A stretch of 64,000 nucleotides of DNA from Chiloscyllium plagiosum (lineage: Eukaryota). How positions within the stretch are numbered: the stretch's first letter is position 1; each line of letters opens with the position of its first letter. A program made the translations under genes and the position numbers. The stretch is taken from assembly GCF_004010195.1 (NCBI RefSeq), contig NC_057752.1, positions 3,155,487 to 3,219,486 of the forward strand, read 5' to 3'. The notes beneath the pieces are model-generated. The model did no database searches, was not told the origin of the DNA, and saw only the letters and a program-made list of their open reading frames with translations. This document shows, in pieces, positions 61,386 through 64,000 of the stretch.

Positions 61386-61475
61386 ATGCTGAGGAAGGGT
61401 CACTCCACCCGAAGCCGTTAACTCTGATTTTCCTTCTCCACGGGAGGTTTTCCAGCAACTTCTGTCATTTTTTTC
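61386..61475 (+). mobile_element. Degenerate family-C PLE pseudo-LTR
   Basis: CTGAGGAagggtcactccacccGAAGccgttaactctgatttt. Confidence 0.65.
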
Positions 61476-62044
61476 TTTCGACAATGCTGTTGTCCCTCTC
61501 TCCAAGCATCGGTTTACCCTCTGTTCCCATCGCAAAGACTAAAATGTGGTTTCCGATGACCAGCAGTGATGAGAGCATCTACCATGCTGCCTGGGAAGCA
61601 ACAAAATGTGTCGTTTGAATCCCTGGTGTGGCCTTCCATGCAGATGGAGCAGCATGTTCAGAAGGAAATCTCTCATGGGGAACTTTCAACATTGCACACT
61701 GTTTGATAAAGATGTCTTTCAGTCATCCTGATCAGGGGCTCTGTTGCAGGAGACTGGAGGATACAGGACATTCCTTTTGAGTGGCAATGTCGCCCTGATA
61801 CCACTGGGAAAGAGCAATGCTTTTGCACTCGAAACCTGGAGCTTTTGCCTCAGTCAAGCCTTTGTTCAATCCCCAGCCTCAAATCCCGACAGGACGTGAG
61901 TCAATGGAAGAAATTCGCACCAAATTCCGCATTAAATTGTTCATCTCACTCGGAGAGATGAAAAGTGAGGCAATGATACGTTTTTCATCACAGAAGCTGG
62001 ATTTGCACTGAATACTCCTAATCTAATGATTTGTTCATGGCAAT

Positions 62045-62540
62045 ACGATGGCTCAGTGGTTAGCACTGCTGCCTCACAGCGCCAGGGACCCAGGTTCAGT
62101 TCCAGCTTCGGGCGACTGTCTGTGTGGAGTTTGCATGTTCTCCCCGTGTCTGCATGAGTTTTCCCGGGTGCTCCGGTTTCCTCCCACAGTCCAAAGATGT
62201 GTGGGTTAGGGTGGATTGGCCATGCTGAATTGCCTATGGTGTTCAGGGATGTGTAGGCTAGGTGCATTAGTCAAGGGCAAATATAGAATAATGGGGTAGG
62301 GGAATGGGTCTGGATGGGCCGAAGGGCCTGTTGCCGCACTGTAGGGATTCTATATGCAGGTGAGGGTGGTATGACCATGACACAGTGTCCATAGTGTTCA
62401 GGGATATGTAGGTTAGGTGAGTTGGCCATGGGAAACGTAGGGTGATGTGATAGGGGCGTGTGTCGGGGTGGGATGCTCTTCAGAGGGTCAGTATGGACTT
62501 GATGGGCTGATTGGCCTGCTTCCACACTGCAGGGATTCAA
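62045..62540 (+). mobile_element. HE1 V-SINE plus an additional HE1 3' half
   Basis: Head at 62048, V-domain, two tails (~62340 and ~62530). Confidence 0.88.
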
Positions 62541-62639
62541 GCACAATAGCAATGCTCCCCCTGTCAGGGTGGGGTGAAGATGGCCATGTTGTGTTAGTTT
62601 TCCCGAAACGCAAATGGACAGTGAATTTATTGGCCGTTG

Positions 62640-62990
62640 GAGTCCTTCTCTGTCCCTCTGTTGCTCCTGGACTCGACTATCCTAACACACTCCTACCTGG
62701 TCTCCCACGTTCTCCTCTCTGTTAACATGAGCTCATCCATAACTCTGCTCTTCATTGCACCAGCTCCCATTCTCCCCTCACCCCTTTCGCTCACTGGCCT
62801 TCACCGGCTCCCAGTCAAACTGTCCTCCGCATTTTCAAAGGCCCTCAGGCAGCTCACGGTCTCCTCCAGCCCCAGCAATGTCCGGGATTTCTGCTGTCCT
62901 CCAATCCTGACCTCCTGTCTATCCACCGCCAACGACGGCCGCGCTCTCGGTTGCTGGGGCCCGGAAGCTCTGGAATGCCTCTGCCTTTTC
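62640..62990 (+). mobile_element. Old L2-clade LINE 3' remnant
   Basis: LDYPNTLLPGLP and LTGLHRLPV match the L2 motifs LDYxNxLLxGLP and LHWLPV; similar L2 tails at ~4270-4600 and ~22480-22640. Confidence 0.7.
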
Positions 62991-63714
62991 ATTGCCATCG
63001 AGGTGCTTGATAAATACAGGTTGTTGTTGTGGCACTCATTGCCCACACTGGCTCCCCCCACCCCTCCACAAATGGTTAAACTCGGAGGACTGGAAGCAAA
63101 TTGTGGCATGCAATATGAGCTTAATTGAAAAGGAGAACAAATAACCATTAGCTTCGCCAACCTCCCCAGCTGAGGTGATGATCTGAAAGCTTATAGGGTC
63201 CTCTCTAGAATTGAATCAATATTCATCAATATGAAGACACTTTCCTCCCTTCACACACACGCCATAACTCAACATGTTATCTGCTTATGCAGGCCTGAGA
63301 GTGTTCATAAATAACAGCCTTCCTCTCTGTTTCAAACTTGGAGTTAATTTCCAAACTTGTGCAGTCTGGTATCAGAGGTGAACAGTCTCCATAAAAGCAG
63401 TCACAATCCCTCTTGCCTTGAAGTGTAATAATAAGCTGTTTATCCAGAGAAATCTCTCAATGACAAATGCGTTCCCTTCTGTTTGACACGTGGCCATATG
63501 CGCAGCTTGATCGATGGGCCCAGTTCGACAAGAGGCCTCCTCCACTCCACTGTAGGCAGCCTCTAAGCACACAATGGCTTATGCAGCAAAAAAAAACCCG
63601 TTATAATTGAGCTGGGAATTGGTGAACAACATTAATTAGCCCTTTCCTGCTTGCCATTTGACATTGCCGCTGGATTTGCAATACAAACATCAGGGATGGT
63701 CGTCAACGGTAAGG

Positions 63715-64000
63715 TCCGAGGGAGTGTTGCTGAACAAAGAGACCTTGGAGTGCAGGTTCATAGCTCCTTTGCCAGGGTTGGAGGATTTGAGCTATAGGGA
63801 GAGGCTGAACAGGCTGGGGCTGTTTTCCCTGGAGCGTCGGAAGCTGAGGGGTGACCTCATACAAAATTCTGAGGGACATGAATAGGATAAATAGACAAAG
63901 TCTTTTCCCTGGGGTCGGGGAGTCCAGAACTAGAGGGCATAGGTTGAGGGTGAGAGGGAAAAGATATAAAAGGGACTTAGGGGGCAATGTTTTCACACAG
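63715..64000 (+). mobile_element. CR1/HER1 3' fragment running off the window
   Basis: LPGLEDLSYRERLNRLGLFSLERRKLRGDLI. Confidence 0.9.

Overview
Non-coding, repeat-dense vertebrate DNA, almost certainly from a shark or ray. This is inferred from the many HE1-type V-SINEs and HER1/CR1 LINE fragments, recognised from memory. I cannot support any host protein-coding exon: the long ORFs are minisatellite read-throughs, N-gap artefacts or decayed retroelement proteins. Contents: >20 CR1/HER1 fragments, >20 HE1 SINEs, a second tRNA-derived SINE family, L2 and Rex1/Babar remnants, three solo LTRs with target-site duplications (TSDs), 33-, 41- and 53-bp minisatellites, and five N gaps. The most interesting signal is about a dozen short Penelope-like (PLE) pseudo-LTR insertions from several families. 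Most carry a minimal hammerhead-ribozyme motif (CUGAnGA-stem II-GAAA-NN-UH), several form inverted hairpins, and four have clear 9-15 bp TSDs. One copy still encloses a GIY-YIG endonuclease remnant, which ties the family to Penelope. Also notable: SINE-seeded 53-bp arrays, a ~970-bp near-perfect palindrome beside a gap (possibly an assembly artefact), a locally templated insertion, and AT-rich unique islands resembling conserved non-coding elements. Boundaries are approximate unless a TSD is quoted.
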